Assembly: GCA_010015805.1 (NCBI GenBank)
Contig: ML978139.1
Span: 248,001-312,000 of the forward strand
DNA: 64,000 nt
Origin: Rhizodiscina lignyota
Lineage: Eukaryota
Direction: 5' to 3'
Below, in pieces: positions 25,891-38,169 of this stretch. The translations under genes were made by a program, and so were the position numbers. The first letter of the stretch is position 1, and each line of letters begins with the position of its first letter. Under the pieces are notes generated by a model. That model was not told the origin of the DNA. It did no database searches and saw only the letters and a list, made by a program, of their open reading frames with translations.

Positions 25891-27574
25891 ATGGGTGAAA
25901 TCGAGAACAAGGCGGCGGAAGTTCAAGCTGGACACACAAAGAAGGATGAGAAAGATGGCACAGACATATCCATTGCGGAAGAAGATGGGCATCATGTGCT
26001 CCCAGACACTTCAAAGCGGTACTACAGTCGCCTCTCAGTATGGCTCATGATTCTGTTCTCTGGTCTTGCCATTGGAAGCGATGGCTACAATGCCGCAGTT
26101 ATTGGAAACATTGAGCTCATATTGGCCGTTCTTTACCCGAATTCTCTGACGAATGCCATCTATAACCATCTCTCGAACGCTTTCCTCATTGGCATGATCA
26201 TTGGCATGCTGGGATTTGGTGTAGTGGCGGATCAACTCGGTCGTAAGACTGGTGCTGTCGCCACGACCATACTGCTCGTCTTAGGAATCATATTATCAAC
26301 TGCGGCATCGGGAACGGACGATACTGGCATGTTCTGGATGCTCATCATTGCACGTGGCATAGCTGGCATTGGTGCTGGCGGAGAGTAAGATCTCACTTCA
26401 ATCCAATGTACGTTGGAATCTGATTCTTCTTTAGATACCCAGTCTCCGGTGCTGGTGCAATCGAAGCCACGGATGAGAACGCCAAGGTTAGAAAGTATCG
26501 CGGTTTCATGGTCTCCCTTGTTTCTGGGTTCGCAGCGGACTTGGGCTACGTCTGGGGCGGACTGGTTCCCCTCCTCCTGCTTCTATGCACACGTCAAGAG
26601 GTTAGTAAGTATGGCATTGTGTGGCGGACTTCTCTTGCGTTGGGTCTGGTACCGCCGATATCAATTTTCTGGTTCCGGTGGAAAATGACGGTCTCAACAG
26701 CGTAAGCTATTATTCCACGTACAGCTTCATTGACAGACGCTAAATTGCACAGGTTCCGCAAATCGGCCATGAGGAAGCAGCGGGTGCCATACTGGCTGGC
26801 CATCAAACGCTATTGGAGGGCATTGCTTGGATGCTCTCTATCTTGGTTTCTGTATAACTACATAAGCGTTCCATTTGGGATCTTTGCAGCTACCATAACA
26901 TCACGTGTCAACGCCTCAGATTCTCTTGTCAAAACTCTTGGATGGGTAAGTATTACTCATCGTCTCTGGGGAAATTAATATCATTAACACCGAATCAGGG
27001 TGTCTTGATCAACTGCTTCTACGTCCCTGGCTCTCCCATCGGCGGCTACATCTGCGACAAGATCGGCCGTCGCAAGACGATGGCACTCGGTTTTGGTCTT
27101 CAGGCCATTCTCGGCTTCATTCTTGGTGGTGCTTATTTGCCGATTCAGAACGTCTTCCCGCTCTTTATCGTCATGTATGGCATCTTTCTGATGCTCGGGG
27201 AGGTCGGTCCTGGCGCGACAGTCATCCTCACTGCGAGCGAATGCTTCCCAACCTCCATCCGTGGCCAGATGATGGGTTTTGTATCAGCGTGGAGCAAAGC
27301 TGGGGCTGCGATCGGTACGCAGGTATTCACGGCGATCACCACGAGTATCCCGGACGAGGAGAAAGCGAATCAGACCGCGTTTTTAGTTGGCAGCGCATTC
27401 GCGGTAATTGGGACCTGCTCTGCGCTGTTCATCATTCCGGATGTACATCGCAGGCTGGACGATGAGGATGCGGCTTGGAAGGCATATCTTGCGGAGCATG
27501 GGTGGGAGGCGGACTGGGGAGACGAAGTCTCCAAGGATCCAAAGGGCATTATGATGGACGGAGTTGTTTCATAG
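25891..27574 (+). CDS. MFS glycerophosphoinositol/phosphate-ester permease (Git1-like)
   Basis: ADQLGRK, ARGIAGIGAGGEYP, CDKIGRR, GEVGPG, SECFPTSIRG, EDAAWKAYLAEHGW; four introns. Confidence 0.85.
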
Positions 27575-27935
27575 GAGTAATCCTTCTCCGCCAGAATCCT
27601 GTTGCCTGAGGATAAAAGTCTTTCCTGGGACATTTCTACATACCTAGTTGTGCATACGCACAGCCTTGTGGTGCCCCTGAATGCTGTCCGTGCGCACTGT
27701 CGGTGGTGGCTTGCAGGATACGAGAACTGTGCCACAAATATCCAGAACGTTTCAGCCTCGCGGTCCGCAATAATAATCTCCAAAAATACTGAGTACCGTT
27801 TGCTGCGCAATCCCTTTGGTGTTCAGCTTGGAGTTATGAATGAGGTGTTTGACTGATTTTGATCTGTCGCTTTTCGATAATTCAAACCCCGTTATCCCCC
27901 TTCGAGGTCAATAGCGCATACTCATTCACAACCTG

Positions 27936-28892
27936 ATGGCGAATGCGCAGACTTTCGCGAGAATGCAAGTTATAATTTCATCTGTGTAACAATACTCCGT
28001 AAGCCAATTACTGACATTCTTATAGTGCTCTTCTCACGTTTACTCTGTTATCATACATTCCGCAATACTACAAAATCATTCTGCTTAATGACTCCTTCGG
28101 TGTCTTCAATGCTTACTGCAACGGAACCATTTATGCCGCTCTTTGCCAACTTTTTATGTGTGCACTCGACCATATCCAAGTGAACCAAGAAGCCGCAGCC
28201 GAACTGCAGGACTCGCTTGACGAAAAGCCGCAAAAACATGCGGATAGTGAAAAAGACCTCAAGAAACCAGAGCTCCCCAGGAGGGACGTGGAAGAACGAA
28301 AACCACCTTTTTCCATCTGGACGAACCTGCCCCTCCTTCAAGCAGGTCTCCACGTCGCTTGTAGTGAACTTCTGTATGCCATGTCCCATCTCTTCTGTTG
28401 CGGTGTTCGGCATACGCTTCAGCTCGCTAACTTAGAGGTCATAGCACGTTGTTCTGGCTGTTCTACACGCGAGAGCGATGGTCCAACAAATTCCTGGCAC
28501 TGACCATGAACAACCTACCGGGCACTATGGCAATGATGGTCGTGGGTGGAAGCAAGCTGGAATCCATCATGCGCTTCTTTCTCCCGTGTTCCCTGGTCCT
28601 CTTGGTCGTCGGAATGGGCCTACAAGCGGGCGGAACATACCTTGAGGGCCCAGGAGCGATGAGCACGACGACATTGATTGCCCAGGCAGGGATTTTTGGG
28701 TGTCTCGCCGCTACTTCGCTGTTATGGCCAGAGCCTGCGCATGAGAGGAAACAGTCAGAAGGAGAGCCGCGGTGGTGGTTCCGAATGAAGCCTTATTTGC
28801 AACCCATTGGGAGCGGTCTCTTTGCCGTAGGCCAGCTGGCCCTGTTTGTGGTGTGTCGGACTTCCGAAAAGAAGAGCCAGTATGATTTCTGA
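27936..28892 (+). CDS. Divergent PQ-loop-like membrane protein
   Basis: Removing introns 27986-28025 and 28375-28444 gives one frame: ...TFTLLSYIPQYYKII...; several TM segments. Confidence 0.55.
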
Positions 28893-29472
28893 GTTCCGAG
28901 GGCCATTTGGAATGAACGTAAAGCACACAAGTGCAGCATACACCGGGAAATGAAGGACATGTCGCAAGCCCCCGGGACCAACCCGTATCTTCATGTATGG
29001 CATTGAGAATGCCATATACCTTGCACCAGTCACCGGGACCCTTCGGTAGCCGGATAAAATTGTTTTAATTGTTCGCTCCGGCCGAGTCTGATTCCGACTT
29101 CCTGCGCAGGTGAAAATGCGGGCTGATCTTGCACAAGGATGAGCAACCCGGTTCGAGGGTGACGAAAGAGTTGGCCTCCGTGCAAGCTGTAACACCCAAG
29201 GGTTAGCAGCTCTTGCACTTCAAGGCAAGCGAGAATATCTCCGAAAGCTTAGTTCTATATTCTTCAGAGTATATATGGTAGTAGCGTACCGTCTAAAACC
29301 TTGTGCACTTTATCATTTAGAGAGCGAGTTGAACGCGTGGCCGCATGTGTGCGCAACCTTGGTTCAATTAATCGCGAAGGCTGTACGTCTTAGCTGTGAC
29401 GTATCTTAAAAGCTGTGACCAACTTTGCCGCCGCCCTATTCCCCGGGAATGCGACTGTGGAAGGGTGGTGCA

Positions 29473-30081
29473 TTAATCGTAGCTCGGCTCGAAGTCGAAA
29501 ACACCGTCACAACAGAAGCATATCCATTTCAAACTCTCCGATGCATTCCTGCTTGGCCTTGTATCATTGCCCTCATCCACTTCAACACCGTTTTCAAGAG
29601 CACCTTTGTGGTCGTCGGAATTGCCCTCATCAATGGCAGCGTTACTGTCACCCTCGTCAATGATCTCGTAATCCTCATTGCTTTCGTACTCCGAGTCTCC
29701 GTCGCCCTCCGTATTCTCATTTTCGAGTTCCGCTAGTTTATCTTTGAGCTTCGTACGTGCGACTTTCAGCTTTGCATGCTGCGCTTCGAGCTCTATCTTT
29801 AGCTCTTCGAACTCTGCATCTACAGCATCGAGCCTGTGGAGTCGTGCACGTAAATCATTGACGCTGGGCTTAGAACTTCTTGCGTCGCCACAAAAATTGC
29901 CAAAGGTGTTTCCGAATCCGGGGTCGATGCTCTCTTGACGGGTTTCGTCTTCGTTAGCATTGTACATGAAATTTGCCACTGCAGGATGGTAGGGCAGGAT
30001 TAGTGCAAGGTACGTGCACACCCCGAGAATAATCTCGATCATCTCCATGATGTCTATGATAGGAAAATTGAAAAAAAGCAC
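29473..30081 (-). CDS. Hypothetical protein with coiled-coil and acidic tail; start and splicing uncertain
   Basis: 202-aa ORF, heptad-like LRARLHRL...KLKDKLAELE, D/E-rich region; no family recognised. Confidence 0.45.
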   Translation of the reverse strand: MLFFNFPIIDIMEMIEIILGVCTYLALILPYHPAVANFMYNANEDETRQESIDPGFGNTFGNFCGDARSSKPSVNDLRARLHRLDAVDAEFEELKIELEAQHAKLKVARTKLKDKLAELENENTEGDGDSEYESNEDYEIIDEGDSNAAIDEGNSDDHKGALENGVEVDEGNDTRPSRNASESLKWICFCCDGVFDFEPSYD

Positions 30082-30355
30082 GAAGATAGAGAGACGGTGT
30101 GATGGTGTGAAAGAGAAATGGAAGCCTTTAAAAATGAGTGTGCTGTACGTTCGAGGCCTTTCAACGTTGAGCGGTCAGAACCAGATTCGAGAAACCTTGA
30201 ACTTGACGAACGAGTCATAACAAAGACGTTGTACGGAATTCCATATAGCCGCTTATGATTGGGTGTCGGTTTTGGTCCTGTACAAACTTTGTTTCCAGAA
30301 TGTTGAGATGGTTAGAGACGGTCGGAGCTGAATATTCGTTGTTATTGATTATCTC

Positions 30356-31379
30356 TCAAGTCAATACAACAATTTTTCCACCAGCTTTGTTCTCCTCCAT
30401 AACTCGGTGCGCCTATCAAATTGTCAGCAGCAAAATATCTGATTGCAATGTGAATACTCACCTCAGCAATTTCATCGAGCTTGAAGACTTTCCCAACCTG
30501 AACCTTTGCGGTACCCTCTGAAACCTGCTTCACAAGCTCATTGTACGGCGTTTCCATGACTTCCTTTACCCCTCCGCCATAAATGGTCAAGCAAACGGCG
30601 CTTGGAATAAGTTCCATTGGGTTGACGTTGTCGAAACTCCACTTGTTACCGACAATGCCGGTTTCGCAGACGATGCCGCCTTGTTTGCAGCACTTTAACG
30701 AGTCTTTGAGAGTAGCCACACCGATGAGCTCCAGGACCTTGTCGAATGGTTCGTGAATCTTGTCGGCCAGGTTTCCATCGTCGATGAGCACCTCCGTTGC
30801 ACCGGCCCCTTTCATCAAATCGTCCTTCCCATGGCCCCGAGATGTCGAGACGATGACAGAGGCACCAGCGGCCTTTGCCAATCCGGCGGCTGCAAGACCC
30901 ACGCTCGTCGTTCCTCCGCGTATAAGCAGAGACTCTCCCTTCTTGAGCCTGAGCGCCTTGAATAAGCTACCATATGCTGTCTGGAACATCTCCGGCATAG
31001 CACCGAGGACTTCCCATGAAACACCCTTCGTGTCCACAGCCTGCACCTGCGTGACAGGAACGCAGGTATACTCCGCGTAACCGCCGTCGAACACCCTCCC
31101 CATGCCGCCCATGGCAGTGAACACGGTGGCACCTTTCTGGAACTCATCACCGGGACACTCTTCAACTTCGCCGGCCGCTTCGATGCCGAGCACGCGGGGG
31201 AACTGGATGCCCGGCGTGTGGCCTTGACGCGTGAAGAGCTCTGAGCGATTCAGGCCAAAGGCCCGTACTCGAATGAGGACCTGGCCTGGTTTTGGAGTTG
31301 GGATAGGCACACTCTCGACCTTGAGAACTTCTGCTCCACCGGGGGCGTGCATGACGGCTGCGCGCATTGTACGAGACAT
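30356..31379 (-). CDS. MDR-family (zinc-independent, quinone-reductase-like) oxidoreductase
   Basis: VRAFGLNRSE, LGIEAAG, GGYAEY, LLIRGGTTSVG; 3' intron (about 30414-30461) gives AHRVMEENKAGGKIVVLT*. Confidence 0.9.
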
Positions 31380-32324
31380 GGCTTTGAGCATTAACTTGAG
31401 CAGACTTGCGATTCTGAAGTAGAGAAATAGAGAAGTGACGACTTTGTTGAGTATGGAGAAGGAGCATAAATGAAATGGCTTGGCATTTATATAGACCTCC
31501 TGGGAAGACTCGAATCGGGCTTCGGGCGGTCAGCGTCATTGATCGTGATAGTGAAATACGATCGAGGGAGTTGTGCGGCCGCTGAAGGATGACTCCAAGA
31601 TATCAACATGGCATCATTCTGCAGACCCTTGATAGAGTCCTGCCAGTCAGGACACGGTCGAGCACCCTCGTTTGGCAACCACGTTCAAGCCACGTTGATA
31701 GACTCCTGCAAGTGGCTTGATCAGACTCGGGTTCGGGTTCGAGCGAGTTACAAAAGTGGCTAAGTCGCTGACTGGCGGTCGGTCCCCGGATATTAAAAGC
31801 TTGAGTTGAGGCCGACACATCCGCCAAGACGTAGATGAAAGCCGGAATTATCGCCAGGTGTTAGTATATTCGGTGTCGTTATCCCACAATTTGAAGACGG
31901 TGTCCTATTCCAGCTTGTTCTTGTTGGTCTCTTCGTATCACTTGGCACTACAGCGGGCTGCTCCCTGTCCGGCGCTGCCGCGCTCTGTTCCATGTCAAAG
32001 GCCTGAGAAAGAATGTGGGGACGAGCCTCGAAACGAGCGGAACAAACTCAAAGGTGGTTAAAAGCTTTCGCGCTGGAAATTCAGGTGAAAGGGTGCTTCT
32101 TGACATGAAAACGTGATCATGAACGAGCCGTCTCACATGCCGAATCGGACGGTCTATCCCCGCAACATCAAACATCGGCACTTGAACAGCCTCCGACGTT
32201 GAAGGCTATAAGACTCAAGCACAATAGTTAAACAACATATTAGACATCTAGACATATCCTGAGTCTTTTACGACTAAATACTATTTCTCACGTTTGTCTC
32301 TTTCGCATTGGTTCACTTTTCAGC

Positions 32325-33881
32325 ATGGCAACGGCGAATGGCGCATCGAAGGATGTCAAGAACCTCGATATTGTCGTGATTGGTGCAGGTGAGATTTTCT
32401 CTCAGTCTATAATTTCAGTCCATACCTGTTCTGTACGAGGCTTTCGAATAAGGAGCTAGGAGAATGCGGCTGCGAATTTGTTGAACAGATTGGAATCATC
32501 GGATCATCAAGTTATCGTCAACGACAACTTGTGCCTTGATATCACGTGTCGTCGAAGTTTCAAGTTCACAAGAGTTAACGACAGCATTTCTTCAGGAATG
32601 GGTGGCCTTGCGTGCGCACTCTCCCTCGCAAAGCAAGGGTTCACTCGCATATCTGTCTACGAAACGGCGTCGAATCTCGGCTTCGTCGGGGCAGGTATAC
32701 AACTCGCGCCCAATCTAGCCCGTATCCTGGACCGCCTCGGCGTCTGGGCCGACATTTTCAAAGAAGCGGTGGAAATCCGCGAGACTAGCATCCGTGAAGG
32801 CGCCGACGAGCACGAACTCGCACACGTCGACCTCTCCGATATTGAGGCCAAGTACGGGTACCCTCACAGCGTTGGCCACCGCTCCAGTTTGGCGGGACAA
32901 CTTTTCGAAGGCTGCAAGGGGGAGAAAGCAATCACATTCCACTTCTCAACGGGTGCTGAGGAGATCAAGAGATGGAGCTCACCACCATCATTCACAGCCG
33001 TGCCCCGGAACGCAGAACCCTACACCGTGGAAGCGGACATCATCCTCGCAGCGGATGGCATCAAATCCGCAGTCCGGACGTCCATGCTCAAAGAAATAAA
33101 TTGTGACGCCCAGATAACAGACAGCAAGACCGCCGCATACCGCATCATGCTGCACCGGCACCAGCTGGAGCACGACCCAGAGCTGCTCGAGCTCATCGAC
33201 AGCAACCGCGTGACGCGCTGGATAGGCGAGAAGCGCCACATAATCGCGTATCCTGTATCGAGCAAGCAGATATATAATATTAGCTCTGCGCAACCGGACG
33301 CTAACTTTGCCGAGGCACCGTCTGTCACATACACGACGAAAGGAAGCAAGGAGGCTATGCTGGATGTGTTCCATGACTTCTCCCCCAAGGTACTACGAAT
33401 GCTGGACCTGGTGCCGGAGGGCGAAGTGTGCGAGTGGCGTCTTCGCATCCATGCACCACTGCCGACTTGGGTCCATGGTGAGGTGGCGCTGGTGGGCGAT
33501 GCGTGCCATCCGACGCTTCCTCACTTGAACCAGGGCGCAGCGCAAGCCGTCGAAGATGCTGCGGTGCTCGGCGTTTGCCTGGCAAAATTACCGTCGACAA
33601 AACCGGAAGATATTTATAAAGCGCTGAGAGTGTATGAAAAGGTGAGGATGGATCGAGCATATCTGCTTGTCGATATGGCGACGCAGAGCGGGCGGGCTTT
33701 GCATTTGGGCGAAGGTACTGCGAAGGAAGAGCGAGACAAGGCATTTAGAGAAGCGAAAGAGAGAGGAGGAAAGTTGCCAGATCGATGGGCGGACGCAGAC
33801 GTGCAAAAGATGATCTTTGGGACTGATATTTGGAAGAAGGCTGAGGATGAATTTGACGAGTTGTTTGGAGCTGTATCATGA
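32325..33881 (+). CDS. FAD-dependent monooxygenase (salicylate-hydroxylase-like)
   Basis: VVIGAG/MGGL split by intron 32389-32596, GAGIQL, ADGIKS, LVGDACHPTLPHLNQGAAQAVEDA. Confidence 0.92.
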
Positions 33882-33987
33882 TGTTAATATATTGCTCTTC
33901 GAATTTGAATCTGTACATATTAATCACACCGATACACATGCAGCAAGTTGGCACTCAATCATGCGGGTACGTGACGCTTCGAATAGG

Positions 33988-36564
33988 TTATCGCCCCTCC
34001 CAGACCATATTGATGCCGCTCCCAGGAGCTCCAAACGAGACGCTCTCCGGTTCCGGCTCTGGCTCCGGTGCTAGATATGCCATGCCTGAACCGTCGTGCT
34101 CATCTTCCGGATTGTCTTCGGGAGTGTCCTGTGGTGTCGACCCCAGAGGTGGTATTGACGGCTTTTGAACGCCTGGATTGACCTCAGCATTAGCCGCCGC
34201 GTCTTGAGAACGAGCAGCTTCGCCCCGCTCCTCTTGCCCTCTGTCTTGAAGCGCGAGGCTTTCTAAACGTTCCGCCGCATCCGTCGCATCTTGCTCTGTC
34301 TCATCCAGGGCACCAGTCTCGAGATCCAACAGGACTATCTTTCCAGTTTCCTCTTTCACCATCTCTATCTTGCCCTTCTTGTTTCCTATACCTTCTAGGC
34401 CAACTTGAACTTCCCCATGGCGCCGCCTTTCATTGATCTGCTCTCGCTCAAGCGCCTCTCTTCTCTTATGTTCTTGTTTCTGCACTTCCTCCTCATCGAC
34501 TTCCCACCCCATCCTCTCCAGCAGCTTGCCCGTACAAGCCGCATATCCTCCACTGCTCAGCAAGTCGCTCGCATCGAAGTTCTCAATGCCCCTTGCGTGC
34601 ACTTCTTCCAATCCAGCGACCGCTCCAAGGCCCGCTCTCAGCCTGTACAAGAACCTCAAGACCCAGTCATTGTTACTATAATAATTGATCACACGCCCTG
34701 CGACTACACCCCTGATCCTTCTCCACTCTATCTCGCTCCCCGTCTCTCTCTTATCACCCGACACTCCAGGTCCTGGTAAACCCATCATTATCACGTCCTC
34801 AACCAGTCCGAATGCATTCTGCCTGCTCAACTCCAAACAAGCCTGCCATACCACTCTAGCACCCACACCCCAGCCAACCAGCCGCGCAGGCCGCTCGCCC
34901 TGCGCCTTTGCCATCAGTACTTCGGCGAGCAATATCCCCGCCTTGTCACTCCTACTCAGTGCAATATTGAAGGGGCTGTCCAGAATACTCGCTGCTTTGA
35001 GCAACCCAAGTGGGAGATACAACCCTGACATGAGCGTGGCGAAGACCGTGTTTTGCAACACGAGAGCGGATGCAGCCGAAAATGCTGTACTGCGGACGAG
35101 TGAAGTGATTTTGGCACCGAGAGAGAGGCGAAGCCCAGGCTCGTACTGGAGAGCGAGGAGGTTGGTAGTATTTGGGAGAACGAGCCATGGAGTGGAGAAA
35201 TCAGACGGCTGGGCGAGAGCGCCTGCGATGGCGATTGTGACGTTGAGATGCGGATCTGGCGGATCTTCAGGCGGTATTGTTTGAGCTATTTCGGCTGCTT
35301 TCTCCGATTGCGGTCTTTCAGTGGTCTGGCCTCCGGTTAATGTCGAGATAGGTTCCGGTGGTCGCAATGGAATTAAATCGAATCCTTCAACTTCACCGCC
35401 TAGCTTTTCCACCACTTCGCTCAGTCTCTTTCCACCATACACTCCGAATATGGTGCCAACCAGCACACTATTACCAATGAGACCACCGAGCAGATGTGCC
35501 AGACCACCGAGGTGCAATAAACCCAAAGCTGGTCCGGCAACAACTCCTAGTGCTCCAGCTATCAACGGTGCGGCCAATCCACCCGTGACACCAATAAGGG
35601 CAGCACCTCCCACGACAGCGAGACCGCTCTTCCAGGTGAAATTTGAGGATGCCGGGGCATTGGATGACTCCGCCGGATGTGGTGGTTGAGGAGTGTTAGA
35701 TGAGGTGCTGGTGAGCAAAACCGTCGCTGCATTCGCCTCGTGCTCTGTGAGAGTCGACAGTGGCAGCTTCAGACTGGCAGCGAGGTGCAACAACAGTACT
35801 CTGGAAAGGGCGGAATAGTTCTCAAGCCCGAGAAGCATGAGCAACGCCGATTGCAGCAGCACGCTCCTCTGTGAGTCTGTAAACTGAAGCCGCGTATGTA
35901 GAGGCCTGTAGTGTCCATAGCTGCCATCCTGCCCCTTCTCAAAAAATCGGTATACTCCACGCGCTTCCCTATTGAGCTTCTCTTTCCTAACAGTATCGCC
36001 CAAAACGCCCAGTGTCGCTCCTATGCGACGCAACACTGAGATGCGCCACGCGTCGAAGAAGGTGAGTGCTGCTCGGCGAAAGCCTTGGAGTTCGGGAGAT
36101 GCGAGGCTTTGGGAGAGGCGCACGAAAGATTGCTCACGATCCCATTGCTCGTAGGGTTTGAGAGGGCGATTAGACGGAGAACTCGTTCTGTGCTCGGATT
36201 CGTGGGATATCAGAGGGTGCGGTCGATCCCTCGGAGGTTCTGGAGATGCTGGCTCATCGAAATTCATCAAATCCCATGCGTCTGTGGGGTTGTAGGAGCG
36301 TGGTGAGTAGGGAGGAGGAGCTTCATCCTCTTGCGCTGGACGCGTCGAAGAGCCCGCCGGAGAACTGGTCTGGGAGCTTGTAGGAATCGATAGATCGATC
36401 TCAAAGTTTGCGACAAGCTCCTTGCGCATGCAATCAATGCACACAAAGAGCAGGAGCGCGAACTCGAGCTTCAATGCCGGCGTGTTGAGAATGCTGGTCA
36501 GAGTGACCTCTCGTGGACCAGAGGTCTGGTTGCTCTGAGGCGCGCTAGTGAACCGTGAGAACAT
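33988..36564 (-). CDS. DUF726 (TMCO4/Mil1-like) alpha/beta-hydrolase-like membrane protein
   Basis: GGAALIGVTGGLAAPLI, GERPARLVGWGVGARV, VVAGRVINYYSNNDWVL. Confidence 0.85.
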   Translation of the reverse strand: MFSRFTSAPQSNQTSGPREVTLTSILNTPALKLEFALLLFVCIDCMRKELVANFEIDLSIPTSSQTSSPAGSSTRPAQEDEAPPPYSPRSYNPTDAWDLMNFDEPASPEPPRDRPHPLISHESEHRTSSPSNRPLKPYEQWDREQSFVRLSQSLASPELQGFRRAALTFFDAWRISVLRRIGATLGVLGDTVRKEKLNREARGVYRFFEKGQDGSYGHYRPLHTRLQFTDSQRSVLLQSALLMLLGLENYSALSRVLLLHLAASLKLPLSTLTEHEANAATVLLTSTSSNTPQPPHPAESSNAPASSNFTWKSGLAVVGGAALIGVTGGLAAPLIAGALGVVAGPALGLLHLGGLAHLLGGLIGNSVLVGTIFGVYGGKRLSEVVEKLGGEVEGFDLIPLRPPEPISTLTGGQTTERPQSEKAAEIAQTIPPEDPPDPHLNVTIAIAGALAQPSDFSTPWLVLPNTTNLLALQYEPGLRLSLGAKITSLVRSTAFSAASALVLQNTVFATLMSGLYLPLGLLKAASILDSPFNIALSRSDKAGILLAEVLMAKAQGERPARLVGWGVGARVVWQACLELSRQNAFGLVEDVIMMGLPGPGVSGDKRETGSEIEWRRIRGVVAGRVINYYSNNDWVLRFLYRLRAGLGAVAGLEEVHARGIENFDASDLLSSGGYAACTGKLLERMGWEVDEEEVQKQEHKRREALEREQINERRRHGEVQVGLEGIGNKKGKIEMVKEETGKIVLLDLETGALDETEQDATDAAERLESLALQDRGQEERGEAARSQDAAANAEVNPGVQKPSIPPLGSTPQDTPEDNPEDEHDGSGMAYLAPEPEPEPESVSFGAPGSGINMVWEGR

Positions 36565-37227
36565 AATGACAGATTTCACGGAGGCTCATAGATGGAGCTG
36601 GAAAGCAGAAGTAATGAGAAGTAGAATTTTGTCTTCATATCGCTATATTTTAGTTGACGTGGAAGTTGAAGTTGTGTGCCTGGGAAGGATGGGGCGGTGC
36701 GAGCTAGATCCAATTGCGCTGCACCGAGGCCTTTTATAGGGGCCAATTGTCCGCGGAAAAGGTATCTAATATGACTCTAGAAATACGTGCTATAGCTCAA
36801 TTTAAACCTTTTAGAGTCCACAGTATGATACAAATAAAGAGCAATCACCCAAACGCCAGCCATTTGAGCTCAAGCCAGCGGCGTTGGTGGTCCCGGCCAT
36901 AGGCGGATAACGACGCTCTCATCTATGCTTACAAAGATAAAGCTACTGTATGATAGAGGTGGGAATATGAATCCCCCGCAATGTTCTGACACCATTCCGC
37001 CTGTTTCCAATCTCTCCAGGAAGCCTGATAGTGGTGGTTCTCATGCACTTACGCCCATATATCCCAGACCTTCTAGATCGATGATCTACTATTCTCACTC
37101 AAATAAGAAGTTCCTACCCAAGTGATACATTCCTAGTCTCTCGGCGAAACCAGCGCAGTTTGGAATTAAGATATCCTTGATCGAGGGTGGTACTGTAACG
37201 GTCTCGCTCGAGAATGGAATGCGCAAG

Positions 37228-38169
37228 TTACCTCCTCTTGGTGCTCCCAACAACTCTCCCGGTTGATTTTGGAAGGTATTTGATGCCGAAATCTGGGCAT
37301 CTGGACTTCATACCATCCGGATCCGAGGCAAGGTACTGTCCATATTGAGCGGAACCACGGACGTTGAAGTGATACCAGATCTCATCGAGGGCACCGCGTC
37401 TGCAACCCAGCGTAACGGTGCTTCCATTGCGGTGCTTCGAGAGTGCCGCTTGGATTTCATGCACGGTATACCTCTTCGTCCATGAAGGTTCGATGCCCGC
37501 TTCGGCGAGCCACTGCAAACAGTCTTAGCCATCATATCACACTCTCACTGGCAACCTTACCTGATAGGTCGGAAGGTCCTTAAATAGATCTACCGCCCGT
37601 TGAAAGAACTCCGGCACTTCCTGCGTCGGCTCATACTCGTCGTAGCATTCCGGGTTAAGCGTACTGATGCAAGTACCATGCTTGCTGAACTCATGCTGCC
37701 ATAGGTACTCGTCATTGCCTTTCCAATCTTTCCAGTACATGTGCATATCAGTTAGAAGCTCATGCTTTCCAAACGCGCGCAATATCTGCGTAATGTTTCT
37801 GTGATTGCGCCTGTGGTCACAAGAAGCATCAAATGTGCCATCACAGTGATCAGGCCTGCCATGTGTTAGACTCCGAGAGTAAGTGTATGAATACTCTGAT
37901 GATACGTACCATAATCCGTGAATGGTCCAACTGTCCTCTGGTCCAGTGGGAGGGTGCGTATCCCAAAATTGGGTCAGCAGCAGCTGGCCGCCGGGATGAT
38001 TAAAGCAGCAAAGATTTTCCACGGTCGTAGTATTTTGACAGCTCAACTGAGGGTTGGAGCATGCCTGCAGACTGCCTCCGCTGACCGTTGGATTGTTGTT
38101 GAGGATAACTTGAGCTCCGCCAAATGCAAGTCTCGCAAGCTTGTTGATCGAGGGGATTCCACAAGCCAT
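37228..38169 (-). CDS. Ribonuclease T2
   Basis: CAS I WTIHGLW(P), CAS II LWQHEFSKHGTC, CCFNHPGG; two introns. Confidence 0.93.

Noticed and set aside
13052..33881. Secondary-metabolite gene cluster
   Set aside because: Transporters and oxidoreductases are present but no PKS, NRPS, terpene synthase, DMATS or cluster transcription factor
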